Shown piece after piece: positions 62,688 through 64,000 of a stretch of 64,000 bases of DNA. The first letter of the stretch is position 1, and each line of letters starts with the position of its first letter. Origin of the DNA: an uncultured Solirubrobacterales bacterium (GTDB taxonomy: Bacteria > Actinomycetota > Thermoleophilia > Solirubrobacterales > Solirubrobacteraceae). The notes beneath the pieces are model-generated. The model had not been told where the DNA came from. It worked only from the letters and a program-made list of their open reading frames with translations, and searched no databases. A program made the position numbers and the translations under genes. The DNA lies in NCBI GenBank assembly GCA_963737395.1, contig CAVTSQ010000014.1, forward strand, positions 55,690 to 119,689, in the 5' to 3' direction.

Positions 62688-64000
62688 CTAGCCCCGCACC
62701 GGCGGGGGCGCTCCGGCCCCGCCCTGGTTGGCCGTGCGGGCGCGGGCCGGCGGCTCGCTCTTGCCGTCGCGCTCGGGCGCGGTGAGGATGACCCGGCAGG
62801 TGGCCTTCTTGAGCACGTACTTGGTGATGTCGCCCACGTAGTCCTCCAGGCCGCCGCGCCCGCCGAGCGAGGCGCCGCCCCGGATCCGCGAGGCCGGCTC
62901 GGCGGCGAGCACGATCGCCTCCACCCCGCGCCGCTCGGCCTGCTCGACGATCGCCTGGCCGGCGCGGCGGGTGCGCACGGTGGCCGTCGCGACCTCCACG
63001 CCGTCGTACTCCTCCCCGACCGCCTTGGCCCGCGCGAGCGCCTCGCGGGCGCGCTTGAGCTGCGACCTCGGGCAGGCGGGCGTCGATGGCCAGCGCCATC
63101 GGCATCTCGAAGATCCACAGCGCCTCGATCACCGCGCCCTCGCTCTCGAGGTCGTCGCGCTCCTCGCCGGCCAGTCGCCCCGCCGTCTGGACGATGTCGA
63201 CGTCGAGCTCGGACCCGAAGATCGGCACGAGGATCGACCCGAACTCGGGCTCGAGCGCCTCGGCGGGCACGCGCAGCGCGCGCTCCGGGCACGGTCACGC
63301 GCTCGAAGATCGGCGTGCCCTGGCGCCGGCGGTAGACGACGTAGAGCACGATGCCGCCGGCCATCCAGCCCAGGCCGACGAACCGCGCGCCGCCGTGCAG
63401 GACGAGCACGGCGATCCACCCGCGCCAGCGAGGCGACAGGCCGACGAGCGCCGGGATCGGCACGCGGCCGCCGCGGAACGGCACCGAGAGCGGGATGCGG
63501 TAGGGCCGCGGCCGGTCGGGCTCGCGGTAGCGCAGGCGGATCACCGCGGCGTTGGCGATCGTGAAGGCGAGCATCGTCCCGAAGGCGTAGATGCCGATGA
63601 GGAACTCGATGTCGGTCGGGACCACGAGCGCCGGCCGCGATCACGCGCGGCCAGCACGATCACGACGACGGGCGTGCCGCGCCGCGGATGCAGGCGGCCC
63701 GAGCGCGCCGGGGATCTGGCGGTTGGTGGCCAGCGCCAGCGCCGTGCGCGAGACGCCGAGCATGGCCGAGTTCGCCGCCGCGACGAGCGAGACGACCGCG
63801 ACCGCGGCGACGACGTACATGAGCGCCGTCGAGAGCGAGCCGCGCGTCGAGGCCCTTGGCCACGCCGACGAGCGGCCGCAGCCCGTACTCGTCGGCCAGC
63901 GCGGTGTGTCCGTTCTTGACCGGCAGCGCGGAGATCGCGACGAGCGCCATCCCGACGTAGACGGCCACGATCGCCGCCGTCCCGGGGCCGGCCAGCCGCT
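62688..64000 (-). CDS. APC-family amino-acid permease fused to a C-terminal universal-stress-protein (USP) domain; 5' end outside the window; frame-disrupted (about 4-5 switches)
   Basis: The permease TM pieces are ..AVYVGMALVAISALPV.. (ORF 63660..63968) and ..IEFLIGIYAFGTMLAFTIANAAVIRLRYREPDRPRPYRIP...GIVLYVVYRR (ORF 62447..63625). The USP pieces are ..FGSILVPIFGSELDVDIVQTAGRLA.. (ORF 62206..63270) and ..VRTRRAGQAIVEQAERRGVEAIVLAAE...ITKYVLKKATCRVILT (ORF 62688..62999). Confidence 0.7.

Overview
High-GC (roughly 70%) Actinomycetota-type chromosomal window. I cannot name the species from sequence alone. It is densely coding: about 65 protein genes and one tRNA-Gln. I found no rRNA, CRISPR array, transposase or integrase.

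Content, left to right:
- K+ channel and an MFS transporter.
- A MOSC / FAD-reductase / Mo-oxidoreductase operon.
- A tightly overlapping hisN / choline-kinase-like / dimethylglycine-dehydrogenase-like / CorA-like operon.
- A DHA2 MFS exporter with a MarR-like tail.
- Cell-wall proteins, an acyl-CoA desaturase, and partner-switching components: an RsbW-like kinase fused to GAF-PAS, plus a separate RsbW/STAS pair.
- A divergent D-2-hydroxyacid dehydrogenase and hydroxyacid-oxoacid-transhydrogenase-like pair.
- A collagen-like (GXY) protein.
- A DGPF + ECF42 sigma operon that continues into oxidases, an esterase, a Crp regulator and an R2-like di-iron protein.
- msrA.
- A nine-gene cell-envelope cluster at 36.6-46.1 kb: two GT-C membrane proteins, a flippase-like protein, an FAD oxidoreductase, two methyltransferases, GDPD and two mini-proteins.
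- lon, a GH92 mannosidase, gabD and an ABC exporter pair.
- tRNA-Gln, then an HTH-HNH endonuclease whose start codon lies inside a perfect LexA-type SOS box.
- An SGNH hydrolase, then CHAD, two trkA genes and an APC permease-USP fusion.

Major caveat: about half of the genes cannot be translated as one ORF from the sequence as given. By rough hand count there are 80-90 single-base frame switches. These are clustered in patches, while multi-kb blocks are clean. I annotate such genes as single CDS spans labelled frame-disrupted. Sequencing or consensus error seems more likely than decay, but this needs read-level checking.

The long Arg/Pro/Ala-rich ORFs in the six-frame track are high-GC artefacts.

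Most interesting leads: the SOS-box/HNH locus, the envelope cluster with its uncharacterised parts, the collagen-like protein, the MFS-MarR fusion and the inverted HATPase-GAF-PAS sensor.
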